A stretch of 62,772 nucleotides of DNA, counting the filler, from Stramenopiles sp. TOSAG23-2 (Eukaryota), in assembly GCA_900128395.1 (NCBI GenBank). It is 17 parts of 17 records of this genome, joined end to end, with 100 filler letters (N's around TTAATTAATTAA, not from the genome) between each part and the next. Parts side by side here need not be neighbours in the genome. Positions count along the whole stretch, not along the records: positions 10,752 to 16,012 come from LT650703.1; positions 16,113 to 21,354 come from LT650704.1; positions 21,455 to 26,663 come from LT650705.1; 14 more parts are not named here. One strand, written 5' to 3'. A program made the translations under genes and the position numbers. The notes under the pieces were generated by a model, which was not told the origin of the DNA, searched no databases, and worked only from the letters and a program-made list of their open reading frames with translations. Numbering within the stretch: the stretch's first letter is position 1; each line of letters opens with the position of its first letter. Below, piece by piece: positions 10,753 to 21,800 of the stretch.

Positions 10753-13700
10753 CCTGTAAAGGTAGAAACAAAGAAAACCAAAAAAAGTGCCTCGAGAAAG
10801 TCTAATAAATCTTCCAAAACTGCACCACTATTAACATCACATGGTGAACAATTTCGTCATGTTTTACGTGTAAAAGTTGCAATGAAAAAAAAAGCCGGTC
10901 CAGAAAAAGCATATGATGAAATATGGAATATTTTAAATCCAAATAATAAACCAAAAATTAGTAGAGCAGATGTTGAAGAAAGGGTGCGAAAAATAAAAAA
11001 AAATAACTCTTCCACAGGTAGTAATGCCAGCAGCAATGATAAAAAAAAAGCGAAAATATTGAAAAAGAAAATGTATTTTGATGAAGATGAAGCAAAAGGT
11101 ATTGCAGAAGCATTGATGCCAAGTGATTGTTTTGATAAAATATCATTAGAAGATTTAAAAGCATTTGGTGAGCGTAGTAAATTTACAGACGATTTAGCTG
11201 TCTTTCGTTTTCGTGCCTTTGTTACTGAAAAAGCTAGGACACAAAAAGGACAAGTTAGTTTTGAAAATGCATACAATATTTTTGATGATGAAGCTAGAGG
11301 ATATGTTGACTTCAAATCATGTGAAAAAGCATTGTCAAATAATGATAAAACGATAACAAAATATGATGTTGAAATTATAATGCGCAAAGTACGCGACGAA
11401 GGTGCAAATATGGTAGTTACGGATATCGGGGAAGATATTGATAATGGAAACAATAGCAGCAAAAACAACAGTGGCGAGTTACGTTTTGATAAAGATGCGT
11501 TGATTAAATTTGCTAAAAATAGTGTATTTGATGGCAATTCCTTAGAGGCAAGATTGCGATCTATGATGGAAGGAGCTGCAGGAGTTTACGAAGCATTTAC
11601 GCAATTTGATGAAGATGGTAGTGGATATTTAGATATAGATGAGTTGCACAACGCGTTAAATAAAACGATTAAAATATCAAAAGAAGAAGTGGACGAATTG
11701 TTTAAAAAATTAGATGTCAACGGAGATCAGCAAGTGACATTGCCTGAATTTCTAGATTTTGTTCGTGCTGGTGCTTTTTTCGTACATTTCATGTCACCAA
11801 TGGGATATTTTCATATCAAAGTAAATCAAGATATTAAATGGTCTGACTTTAAAAAAAAAGTTACGCAAAAAATGTTTTGGTTAGCACACGCTGATCTTGC
11901 ATCTAAGAAAAAAAATGGTATAGCAACTGGTGGAGAACCTAATATCAAATTGGGAACTGTTAAATTTTACAAGCATTTTGGTCGCATAGGCCCAGTAAAC
12001 GAGGAAGAAGTAGCCGATGATGCTGCATTGAAACATATACGTGCTGGAGAATTCTTATTTGTATTAGATCCGATGGCAAAGAGAAAAGCAAAGGATGGTT
12101 GGGTAGAAAATTTTGAGTATAAAAAAGTCAAAGATCGTACTTTACCAAAACCAACAATTGTAGAGACGAAGAAAGATTTAAAAACAATTACAAGTGCACA
12201 AAAAATACAAGAATTGAAAAAAACTACGGATGGATTATTCTCTGCCTTGTGGGCAGTAGCGGATAAAAATTCGACGAAATTAGATAAAGAAGAAGAAGAA
12301 GATGATGAAGAGGATAATAGTATGTTTAACAACAATGATAACATGGGCGATCAAGACATGCCGACGGATGACGATAATTTTGATATACCAAAAGCACCAT
12401 CGAGTGGCCAAAAAAACCATCAAACAGCGCCATATCACGATGATTCCTCCGATGTATCAGATAGTCTAGCTATGTCCGTCGATAGCACTGGTAATATATC
12501 AGATGCTACAGATGTCAGTGAAACTGAGACTGTTATTGATGAAGAAGATTTAAGCACCGGTGGACAAATGTCTAAACGCCCAATCAATCCTTTAATTTTA
12601 AATCCAAACATGACACGTACCATGATGATGTTACCTCCTGCATTGAGGCCAGTTCCTCCTCCAGATGATGCATCGGCGAAAGAATTTGCAACAGTAAGAG
12701 AAAAATATAAAATTGTCCGTGCAAAATTATTAGCTGCAGTTGGGGGTAAAGAATATCGATTTTCAAAATGGCTTGATGTCTTTGCTAAAATGTGTTCAAA
12801 GGAAGAAAAACGTGTCAATAAACGTTTTAAAGGATTTTTAAGTGCAATCCAACTAGTCTCTGTATTTCAAAATGCATTAAAGTTAGCAAAATCAAAAACA
12901 ATGGGCAATACAGTGACTATGACAGATGTTGCAGATTTAGTGGCATGCGCACAAGCTGGAAAGGTTGTAAATAATGATGGGGAAGAGGACGATTATGCTT
13001 CTAGTTTAACATCTCATATTAGTTGGATTGAAATGGTGGATATGTTACGTTTACCAATATTAGATATTGATGTAACATTATGGAATAGTAAAATAGTGAG
13101 AGCGTGGATTGCAAGATGCTTAGAATTGCCACGCGAAGCCCCAAAATTTAAATATACCGATGGAAACCAACTATTGATGATACCAATTCATGAACGATCT
13201 AGGAAAAAATTACGAATGAAACATCGTAAACCTGGACAAAAGGCTAGTTTTATAGAGGAAATGTACGGAATAGCGTCAAGCATAAAGCGGAAAAAATTGC
13301 TGCTAGAAGTGGAAGCATTGCTGATGACTAGAAGACGCCAGCGAAGGAAAGGTGCAGAAGGTTTTGAAGTGGAAAATTGGAAAAAAATTGATATTTTAGA
13401 TTGGTTACACCATGATGTAAAGTTGCCCGAATATGCAGAGGCGTTTGAAATGGCGCCATTAGATGGTTTATTATTAGTTTCTTTAACATCAAGTATGCTT
13501 AAAACGGAGTTTGGTATTTTACAAGCACGGCATCGACGTAAGATTTTAGGACAGCTTGAATCATTGAAACGTGGTTTAGTACCATTTAGTGGCGATAAAG
13601 ATGAAGAAGGCGAGGATGATAAAAACGAGAAAGATGATGAGGATGATAAAGAAGGTGATGATGAAGATGATGTTGTTGCTATTGAAGGGCTACAAGCGAA

Positions 13701-15213
13701 ACAATTGATGGACCAAATACGTAAGGACGTTCAAGAAGAGCTGCAAGGTTTCAGGCGCGGTACGCAATTGATTGATGCAACCGATTTTGATATTGATGGT
13801 AGACCATGGGAAGCAGGTGTACAACCGCCAAAATCACCAACAAAATTACCAAAAACAAGCGAGACGTCCTTCATGGCTGATGCTGGTGATGCAGGCAACA
13901 CGGTTGTGTTACCACGACAAGCGCCGGTAGAGGAAATGGTAAGCGTTTTGAGAATCCGCATGAAAGCTATGTTTAAAGGTGGACCGAATGAAGCTGCAGG
14001 CAAATTGTGGGACGCAATAGTAGGTGAAATTGAGGATATCGATGAAGAAAAAGGTGGCATTGAATTTACCGTTTTTCCACGTGCCTTGAAAGATTCTGTT
14101 GGCATTGAAATTAGATCACAATTGTCTGCTGCAACGCTTTTCCGATTTCTTGATCACGATGATGATAATGTCATCTGCAAATCAGATATGATAAAAGCAT
14201 TAGCGCGGGCATTGGAATTAGAAAAATCAACGTTGAAAATGTTAGAAGAAACTGGCGAGGAAGTAGTAGAAGAACCTTCAAGTCGTGCTGGACATGGAAA
14301 GACTATGAGACATATTATTGCAGATAGATTCTTAGTTGCGGTGTGTGAAAGCATGGATCGACAGCAAATGACAGTGCGAATGGCATTTACTGCACTCGCA
14401 TCACAAACGTTAAAAGGTAAAAAGAAAGCATCTGATCCAAAACAATTTGGCACTGTAACAATTACAAAAGATATGTATGTAGCGTTTATTAGAGGAATGT
14501 GCCCACGAGAATTAGGAAAAGAAGACGCTGAAAGTGTTTTGTTATATATTGATCGTAATGATGACGATAAAATAGGTTGGGATGAATTTATGGAATCATT
14601 TGTAGCATGTTATGGACGTTGGTTAATGCGCTTGAAACAAACGGTTGCACGTCTTGCTGATAAAGTCTCAAACCCAGCAATGAAAGAACGATATTCTACA
14701 GAAGTTGCCAAGGTGAATAATGTTCAACGCATGATGGCAGCCGCTTTCCGTCAAACTAAGCGCACTTTGGCACAACAACAAGAGCAAGATATGACTGCCA
14801 GGTCAAGCAAGACAGACGCATCCAAACGTGGGATGGAAAAAAGCGAAGATGATATTCGTATCATCTCTGAATATATTGATCGCCTATCTGATATGAGACG
14901 TGAAAAAGCAAAGGCAAATAGTAACTTGGAAAATACATTTATTTTAAATGATGGTGTTTTAGATCCTAGTATTTCAAATACAGTATTGAAAATTGCTGCA
15001 GCAGAACATGAAGTAAATGAAATTATGGAACATGCTAAACTTATTGCAGCACAAAATAATGAAAATGCACAGATACAAACAATGTATGAATTTTTAACTG
15101 CAATACAAGAAGATATTGAAAATTTTGTGGAAGAAAATACATCAATTAAAGTTGCAAGCTCACCAATACGAAGAGCGAAAACACCGCCACCTCCATCATT
15201 TCATGATTTTTAG
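10753..15213 (+). CDS. Multi-EF-hand protein with SAM domains (5'-truncated)
   Basis: EF-hands FDEDGSGYLDIDEL, LDVNGDQQVTLPEF, LDHDDDNVICKSDM, IDRNDDDKIGWDEF. SAM WKKIDILDWL...LPEYAEAF...LDGLLLVSLT...FGI...HRRKIL plus a preceding SAM-like unit. The frame is open from the contig start (10753). Confidence 0.85.
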   Translation, partial: PVKVETKKTKKSASRKSNKSSKTAPLLTSHGEQFRHVLRVKVAMKKKAGPEKAYDEIWNILNPNNKPKISRADVEERVRKIKKNNSSTGSNASSNDKKKAKILKKKMYFDEDEAKGIAEALMPSDCFDKISLEDLKAFGERSKFTDDLAVFRFRAFVTEKARTQKGQVSFENAYNIFDDEARGYVDFKSCEKALSNNDKTITKYDVEIIMRKVRDEGANMVVTDIGEDIDNGNNSSKNNSGELRFDKDALIKFAKNSVFDGNSLEARLRSMMEGAAGVYEAFTQFDEDGSGYLDIDELHNALNKTIKISKEEVDELFKKLDVNGDQQVTLPEFLDFVRAGAFFVHFMSPMGYFHIKVNQDIKWSDFKKKVTQKMFWLAHADLASKKKNGIATGGEPNIKLGTVKFYKHFGRIGPVNEEEVADDAALKHIRAGEFLFVLDPMAKRKAKDGWVENFEYKKVKDRTLPKPTIVETKKDLKTITSAQKIQELKKTTDGLFSALWAVADKNSTKLDKEEEEDDEEDNSMFNNNDNMGDQDMPTDDDNFDIPKAPSSGQKNHQTAPYHDDSSDVSDSLAMSVDSTGNISDATDVSETETVIDEEDLSTGGQMSKRPINPLILNPNMTRTMMMLPPALRPVPPPDDASAKEFATVREKYKIVRAKLLAAVGGKEYRFSKWLDVFAKMCSKEEKRVNKRFKGFLSAIQLVSVFQNALKLAKSKTMGNTVTMTDVADLVACAQAGKVVNNDGEEDDYASSLTSHISWIEMVDMLRLPILDIDVTLWNSKIVRAWIARCLELPREAPKFKYTDGNQLLMIPIHERSRKKLRMKHRKPGQKASFIEEMYGIASSIKRKKLLLEVEALLMTRRRQRRKGAEGFEVENWKKIDILDWLHHDVKLPEYAEAFEMAPLDGLLLVSLTSSMLKTEFGILQARHRRKILGQLESLKRGLVPFSGDKDEEGEDDKNEKDDEDDKEGDDEDDVVAIEGLQAKQLMDQIRKDVQEELQGFRRGTQLIDATDFDIDGRPWEAGVQPPKSPTKLPKTSETSFMADAGDAGNTVVLPRQAPVEEMVSVLRIRMKAMFKGGPNEAAGKLWDAIVGEIEDIDEEKGGIEFTVFPRALKDSVGIEIRSQLSAATLFRFLDHDDDNVICKSDMIKALARALELEKSTLKMLEETGEEVVEEPSSRAGHGKTMRHIIADRFLVAVCESMDRQQMTVRMAFTALASQTLKGKKKASDPKQFGTVTITKDMYVAFIRGMCPRELGKEDAESVLLYIDRNDDDKIGWDEFMESFVACYGRWLMRLKQTVARLADKVSNPAMKERYSTEVAKVNNVQRMMAAAFRQTKRTLAQQQEQDMTARSSKTDASKRGMEKSEDDIRIISEYIDRLSDMRREKAKANSNLENTFILNDGVLDPSISNTVLKIAAAEHEVNEIMEHAKLIAAQNNENAQIQTMYEFLTAIQEDIENFVEENTSIKVASSPIRRAKTPPPPSFHDF

Positions 15214-15425
15214 CTTGCGTGTGTGTAAAATAAATTAATGATGTACTCGTACGAATGTACGAGTAATTATAATATGAAATATAATTACGAACGCGTATTT
15301 ATGTATACTACGATATAATTTTATTCACACACCATATTTATCTCAGTAGACTTATAAATATATGACGTCGTACGTCGTATTATATATATATTCATATTAA
15401 AATATTATTATACGTATCATAAAAA

Positions 15426-16012
15426 TTATATTGCGAGCTTTTGTTGGTCCCCTTTTTCCTTATCACTGACTTTTCTTGACATGCATTTGCTTATCCAATA
15501 TCCTGTCAACACAAGAAAACCTATACCAAGCAACGCACCAGTTAAACCAGTGAATGCACCATTTTGAAATTTATTCCATCCAAATTCAACACCAATAATT
15601 ACGTTTACAAAGCCCAAAATGGCTGCTATGTATCCTGAGCCTTTATGAAGATATTGCCAATTTTGACGAGTTGAAGTTATGACTTCTCCAGGCTTTGGTC
15701 CATGTGGACGGAAATACGCATTCAATGGTTGCAACGTAGCCAAGGTAGTGACGATCAAACCAGTGACGGTATGCAATCCACCGAAGTGAGTCCCATTCAC
15801 GGAGCTGACGTAAACAACGATGAAAATAAATCCTAACAATTGGACAAACCAGCCAACATATTGAATCGTACGATGGTATCCAAACCACCATTTAACACCC
15901 ATAAATTTGCCATCTTTATTCCTTTCATAATGTGCTACAAGCACTCCACTTGGTAACAATATCGCCCATGCCAATGCCATGAAAATACCATGTAAAAACA
16001 TAGTGAATGCAA
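15426..16012 (-). CDS. Cytochrome b561 / ferric-chelate reductase transmembrane domain (CYBDOM-type, 5'-truncated)
   Basis: HGIFMALAWAILLPSG, WFGYHRTIQ, HTVTGLIV...LQPLNAYFRP, RQNWQYLHKGSGY give the four heme-ligand His residues. Confidence 0.9.
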
Positions 16013-16220
16013 NNNNNNNNNNNNNNNNNNNNNNNNNNNNNNNNNNNNNNNNNNNNTTAATTAATTAANNNNNNNNNNNNNNNNNNNNNNNNNNNNNNNN
16101 NNNNNNNNNNNNTATACGAGCGTCGATGTAAATACATTGCATAGAAAGAGAATGTACATGGAGAAAAATAATTTCATTGTGATATATCTATATCTATGTT
16201 TATGTATATATATACATATC

Positions 16221-18470
16221 ATGGCTAGTATCATAGAACATAATAATAATAGCGATGAGCTATTACCATTGGATGATTCTGATTTCAGTAAAAAAACATT
16301 TTGGAATGATTTTTTTGTAAAACGTAATGAAAAGGCATTTGAGTGGTATGGGCAATGGTCAGATATTAAAGGAATCGTGGAAAGTTATTGCCCACCAGAA
16401 AAAGAAAATAGTGTATTAGTCATTGGTTGTGGTAATTCAAGTACTAGTGAAGAAATGTTTGATGATGGCTATGGAAAAATATGCAGTATAGACTTTAGTG
16501 AACAAGTCATTAAGGAAATGATTAAGAAGACACCACGTAAAAAACTCAGAAATGGATTAAAATATGAAATTATGGATATGCTTCATATGACATTTAATGA
16601 TAAGTTGTATGATTCTGTTTTTGATAAAGGTGCATTGGATGCATTAATGGCAGATGCATCGAAGAAGTCGGCTAAAGATGCGTCGCAAATGTTCGAAGAA
16701 ATCGATAGGGTATTAAGTGATGATGGTGTCTATTTATGTGTCACCTTGGCACAGCAACAAATAATGAGCGCTATATTCCGCTTCTTCCGTGAAAAATGGA
16801 CTGTTCATATACATACATTCTCTCCAGAGGAAGGTTCTGCATTGTGCCCTTTTCTATTTGCAATGCAAAAGAAAAAATTTGTATCAAACGAGAATGGGGG
16901 CCTTGATGCTAATAATATTGTGACATATTTTGAAGGCAAAGCAGAGCGGAGTAATTTTGGAGCTGCTGTCAAACGTATACGAAAAATGCAACAAATGTAT
17001 AATTTATTAGGAGGGCCTATAAAGCCGTCTAATAAATTAGTTTTGCCATTGGAACTGTGGTCTCAAAATATGAATGGTAGTGATGGAAGCGATAAAAAAA
17101 ACAATCACAACAACAATAGTATTAACAGTAAAATGGTTAAAAAAAATGCAACTCCCCGATACGAAGTCAGCATAATTGATCCACCAATACAACCGAAAAG
17201 TGGAATTTGTGGGGTATGTATAATACCAATAGGACGTGAGCATGAATGGTTGTTTTCATCAAATGAAGGTCAAATGAATTTTGCAACTATGAGTGGCTAC
17301 GCAAGATTTATAATTGTTAGAATGAATCGTGATCATAATTATCAAGATATGGAAACAATTCAAAATGAACTATCGCCATATATGCAAAAGCTCATACCAC
17401 CTACTGCATCTTCTACTACGGAGAAAATTCCATTTTTAACGATAAGTGAAGATATTGGTTTTCGGGATACCCTTTATCGTGGACATTCAAAGATGAGTGG
17501 TGACTATATTGTTGAAGAGGTAAATGGCGATTCGGGAGGAGCTGATGATCGCAATAGGAGATTGGTCTTTTTCAGCAACATTGGAGCCATACAATCGGAA
17601 GCAAGATTAAGTGTAAAAAAAGTAAAAGGAGGGAATCATAATAATAATAAAAGTAACAGCAAAGGTAGAAGGAAAATTGGTTCAAATAAAAGTGTTTCAC
17701 AAATAGTTTTAGATCATGATTATTTGACTTTTGAGTATCATGCTGCTATGGTATATGGTTTAGTTTTTTTACCAAAAAGTTTGCAACCAAATAGTAAGAG
17801 AAATAATAACAGTAATACTACTAATAATGATAACAAGAAATGTGAAATTTGCTTAATCGGTACTGGTGGTGGATTATTAGCAATGTTTTTGCACGAGCAT
17901 TTCAAAGATGTCATCATTGATACTATTGATTTAGATGAAGAAATGTTAACAATAGCTAAAGATTGGTTTGGCTTCAAAGAGACACAGCGTCTACACGGTT
18001 TTGTTGGTGATGGAATTGAATTTGTAAATAAAAAAGTTGTTGAAAAGAAGCAATACCATGTAGTGATTATTGATGTAGATTCTAAAGATTTAAGCGAAGG
18101 GTTGTTATTTCCACCACGGCCATTTATGACAGAAGAATTTTTAAAAAACGTGTATGAAGTTTTGGATGATAATGGAATATTAATAGTTAATTTAGCATCT
18201 CGTGCGCAGAATGTGTTTGATGAATGTATATTATCATTTAATAGCGTCTTTGATGCGGTTTGTCTAATACCAATTGAAGCAGATGTGAACAAAGTAATAT
18301 TTTGTATGAAAAATCAAGTAATATCATCAGCCAAAGATAAAGACCATATCAAAGCATACAAAGATAAGTTAGATGTAAGCGCACAAAGAATTACAGAAAA
18401 TGCAAGTAAAAAATGGGATGAAAGTATAGATTTAAACGAATGGACATCACAGTTACAATTCATTTGTTGA
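16221..18470 (+). CDS. METTL13: eEF1A lysine and N-terminal methyltransferase (dual MTase)
   Basis: FEWYG, VIGCGNS, DKGALDAL, PIGREHEWLFS and RRLVF...QSEARL, plus a second spermidine-synthase-like MTase (IGTGGG, DVDSKD...PP). Start chosen at ATG 16221. Confidence 0.93.
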   Translation: MASIIEHNNNSDELLPLDDSDFSKKTFWNDFFVKRNEKAFEWYGQWSDIKGIVESYCPPEKENSVLVIGCGNSSTSEEMFDDGYGKICSIDFSEQVIKEMIKKTPRKKLRNGLKYEIMDMLHMTFNDKLYDSVFDKGALDALMADASKKSAKDASQMFEEIDRVLSDDGVYLCVTLAQQQIMSAIFRFFREKWTVHIHTFSPEEGSALCPFLFAMQKKKFVSNENGGLDANNIVTYFEGKAERSNFGAAVKRIRKMQQMYNLLGGPIKPSNKLVLPLELWSQNMNGSDGSDKKNNHNNNSINSKMVKKNATPRYEVSIIDPPIQPKSGICGVCIIPIGREHEWLFSSNEGQMNFATMSGYARFIIVRMNRDHNYQDMETIQNELSPYMQKLIPPTASSTTEKIPFLTISEDIGFRDTLYRGHSKMSGDYIVEEVNGDSGGADDRNRRLVFFSNIGAIQSEARLSVKKVKGGNHNNNKSNSKGRRKIGSNKSVSQIVLDHDYLTFEYHAAMVYGLVFLPKSLQPNSKRNNNSNTTNNDNKKCEICLIGTGGGLLAMFLHEHFKDVIIDTIDLDEEMLTIAKDWFGFKETQRLHGFVGDGIEFVNKKVVEKKQYHVVIIDVDSKDLSEGLLFPPRPFMTEEFLKNVYEVLDDNGILIVNLASRAQNVFDECILSFNSVFDAVCLIPIEADVNKVIFCMKNQVISSAKDKDHIKAYKDKLDVSAQRITENASKKWDESIDLNEWTSQLQFIC

Positions 18471-18644
18471 GGCCCATGACAATTCTACTCTGTACATAGG
18501 GGCGTATTTACCTGCTAATTTTACTAATCATGATTAGTAGATACTCGTAAAAACTAATAATAAAGGTGTACTATTTTTTTATAAAATACCGACGTATTTA
18601 TAAATAAAAAATTTATAGTAACTCCACACGCGCGCGCTCTCCAG

Positions 18645-18685
18645 CTCTCTCTCTCCTCTCTCTCTCTCTCTCCCCCCTCCTCTCT
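18645..18685. repeat. (CT)n pyrimidine microsatellite
   Basis: CTCTCTCTCTCCTCTCTCTCTC... lies directly 3' of the 18698 stop. Confidence 0.7.
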
Positions 18686-18697
18686 TTTGATCTCAGC

Positions 18698-20815
18698 TTA
18701 TTTATATGGAGAATCATCTGCTCCCAAAAAATTGTCCCATGAATCAGAACGTTGTATACCTAATCTACTATTATGTAAACCTGGATTTAAGCGAAAATGT
18801 GGTGGGGTTTTTGGATAACGTCTATTATTGCCTGCTCCCCGTTTGTTTTTATTCTTTGAATAATTTTTACCATTACTAGCACCATCATCATTTGCATCAT
18901 CTATCGTCGTTAAAGGACCACCTCGGGGTGAATCAAATGAAAATCCTGTATGTAATGTTGGCAAATATTCCCATTTATCACGTTGCGTGAATAAATTACC
19001 AAGACGTGAATTACGAAATTCCCCGGTATCAAAATTTGGATGTCCAATATAATCAATGACATCTTTAATAAATTTAAACATCAATTCATCCGCTACTTCT
19101 GCGGATCCAAATTGATCTACTGCATTGGCAGCTGAGATTAGCAACATCCCCCATATCTCTTTCAATGCAAAATCAACATGCCCATCACTAGCATGAAACA
19201 TAATTCGATTGACAAATGTCTCTTTTGATGGCTTTAGTGTTTTTTTAACTCTATTTTTATTATTGCTATTGTTGTTGTTCATGATGTCAATATTATTATT
19301 ATTATCATTGTTGTTGTTGTTACTAACGCTGCTACTGTCAGCAGTTTTATTAGTTTTAGTTTTCTTTGCAAAATTCAATGTAATAGCAACTTTTCGTTGT
19401 TGCAACAGCGTGTTAACAACACCACCTGGAATTGGTACATTTTTCAACCGATTCCATGCCTCTGCAATTGTTAATAATAATTCATGGCAAAGCTCAAATG
19501 CAAGACTTTTTTCAATCCCAATGTGAATGACTGTTTGGAATGGTTCTTCCAATGCTTTAAAAAAATCTATTAAAATTCCAACTTGTTCACTTGAACCACT
19601 ACCAGCCCAATCTTTTGATGCCAATTGAGATGCCTCTTCGACCATGTTTGATAGTATTTCACGGGTATTCTTTGGTTTCAATAACCCATATTCCTTTTTC
19701 GATAAACCAAGTTGTGATAGAGATGGCTCAGCGTTCCTTCTTTTTGTATGTTTTTTTGCCATGAAAAGGTTTCGATTATTACTTTTAGCCGCAGTACGTG
19801 GACTAATGTCATAATTTAGAGGGCTGCTTTTATTGCTATTTTTGTGTAATTCCAACGACGTTATCAATGATGAGGTCGAGGAAGATGGAGACAGCGAAGA
19901 CGTTGGAGATAACAATAATGAAGATGACGACGATGAGCTTGTCAATTTTAATGACGAGGACGAGCTCTTACGTTGTTTCTTTTTAACCGTTTTGTCATTT
20001 CCGTGTAGCGTAGCATCTTGTTGTTTACGCTTCTTTTTGTTGGCATCTACTATTACTCCTAATAATGAAAGTGGAGACATATTTGCATATATTTCTTTGT
20101 TGGGGTTATGTTTCGCCGAGTTCCCTATCGTCGCTTTTTTAGAAGAAGAAGTCGATGAAGCTTTTTTGCTATTATTTGTACTTTTTTTGTTTTTTCGAGA
20201 CTTAACACTATTAGACGAATCTGTACCTAATCTACTTTCATCTTTCAACAATTTGTCTACTAAAAATTTTAGTTTTTTTCGATGTTTTTGTTTTGGAATG
20301 ATTGAAACAGATGTACAATGTTCAACAGCATCAAATTGCAATGGCCACCTAGAGACGCTCCTATTTCCAGGTGTGTCCATTTTCCATGTTGTACGATTGT
20401 TTCTATTTAACTTGGCGTTCCACGTTTGCTCACCCCAGCGAAAGACCGGTTTTTTACTGATAAATATGTCAAGTTTGCTGTCATCAGTTTGATGCAATTT
20501 AATGTGTGACAAATTATCATGCTTCATAATAAACCTTCCTTTTAAAGTCCATTGCTCGTTCACATCTTTTTTCACATTGACTAACATTGGTTTAATACTG
20601 CTACTATCATCTTTCAAATCTCCCCATTCAACTATAATGTTTCTATGATTCGACAAAAATTTCAACTGCATGACTGGTTGTGTTAATTGTCCGACTTTTC
20701 GTCCATTGCTTTTTGAGTGAAACTTTCTTCCATTACCCTTATTTCCGGCACTCCTACTTTTCCCATTACACCACCACGTGTCTACTTCAACAATATGACT
20801 ATCGTTTTGTGGCAT
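18698..20815 (-). CDS. Hypothetical protein with Ser/Asn/Lys low-complexity linkers
   Basis: 705-codon ORF with host-like codon usage and two globular-looking regions. No family recognised. Confidence 0.7.
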   Translation of the reverse strand: MPQNDSHIVEVDTWWCNGKSRSAGNKGNGRKFHSKSNGRKVGQLTQPVMQLKFLSNHRNIIVEWGDLKDDSSSIKPMLVNVKKDVNEQWTLKGRFIMKHDNLSHIKLHQTDDSKLDIFISKKPVFRWGEQTWNAKLNRNNRTTWKMDTPGNRSVSRWPLQFDAVEHCTSVSIIPKQKHRKKLKFLVDKLLKDESRLGTDSSNSVKSRKNKKSTNNSKKASSTSSSKKATIGNSAKHNPNKEIYANMSPLSLLGVIVDANKKKRKQQDATLHGNDKTVKKKQRKSSSSSLKLTSSSSSSSLLLSPTSSLSPSSSTSSLITSLELHKNSNKSSPLNYDISPRTAAKSNNRNLFMAKKHTKRRNAEPSLSQLGLSKKEYGLLKPKNTREILSNMVEEASQLASKDWAGSGSSEQVGILIDFFKALEEPFQTVIHIGIEKSLAFELCHELLLTIAEAWNRLKNVPIPGGVVNTLLQQRKVAITLNFAKKTKTNKTADSSSVSNNNNNDNNNNIDIMNNNNSNNKNRVKKTLKPSKETFVNRIMFHASDGHVDFALKEIWGMLLISAANAVDQFGSAEVADELMFKFIKDVIDYIGHPNFDTGEFRNSRLGNLFTQRDKWEYLPTLHTGFSFDSPRGGPLTTIDDANDDGASNGKNYSKNKNKRGAGNNRRYPKTPPHFRLNPGLHNSRLGIQRSDSWDNFLGADDSPYK

Positions 20816-21800
20816 TTTTTAAATCTTTTAAAGACAATATCTATATCAAGACACCGCTAATTCTACTATATTATATAGTATTTTAAATCGATTTCGTGTA
20901 TAATGTTTATACTACTATATTTTTTTTTCAAATACTACGAAAATTATTCCAATGGGATATCTTTTCGTGTTTCTTCCCCTTACTTCTATATTTTCTACAA
21001 TTGAAAAAACGAAGAAGAACTAAATATATAAGACGTATTAAATGTAAATAGGAAATTAAAACCTATTTAAACTATAATCAAATTTATCAATTTCTAGGTA
21101 TAAAGTATTATAATCTCCGGTATGTTTTATTAGACGACAATATATCGATACAAATTGCAATATGGTTACAACTTCAATGTATCTATATTTATACATAGAT
21201 GTAGATTATAGCGTAAAAGCGTAGTGCTACTATTATAGGTGCTATAGTAAATATCTTTTTTTTGGATCTTGGATCCATGCCAGGCATGCCCAGTCTGTCC
21301 ATTAATTACTTACGGAAAATTTAGCACTACATAGCACTAAAAACAAGATTTCAGNNNNNNNNNNNNNNNNNNNNNNNNNNNNNNNNNNNNNNNNNNNNTT
21401 AATTAATTAANNNNNNNNNNNNNNNNNNNNNNNNNNNNNNNNNNNNNNNNNNNNCTTATATATATAAATATATCCCAAGAGTGTTAATATGGAGGAATGA
21501 GAAGGAGGATAGTGGTGTAGTTTCTTCGTTTTTAGAAATTTAAAAAGTCAACAGTGTCAAAAATTATAAATGTACTTGAGCACTTGACATGAAATACTTT
21601 CTAGAATTATGCATTATAATTTATTGTAATGAAAGAGATGTAAGAGCAGCAACAGAAGAAGGAGAAGGAGGGAGTAGAGAGTGCGGGAGTAATAGAATAA
21701 AACCTTTATAAAAAAAAACAAATAAAAATATGAAATTTCAAAAATATAATATTAATAAATATTTAAATAATTTTTATAAATATAAATATTTCATATCTCT

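Noticed and set aside
16137-16220. Upstream extensions of ORFs from TTG/CTG starts (also 38229-38333 and 50549-50668)
   Set aside because: They translate AT-repeat 5' UTR sequence (IYIYI). The downstream ATGs are more credible starts.
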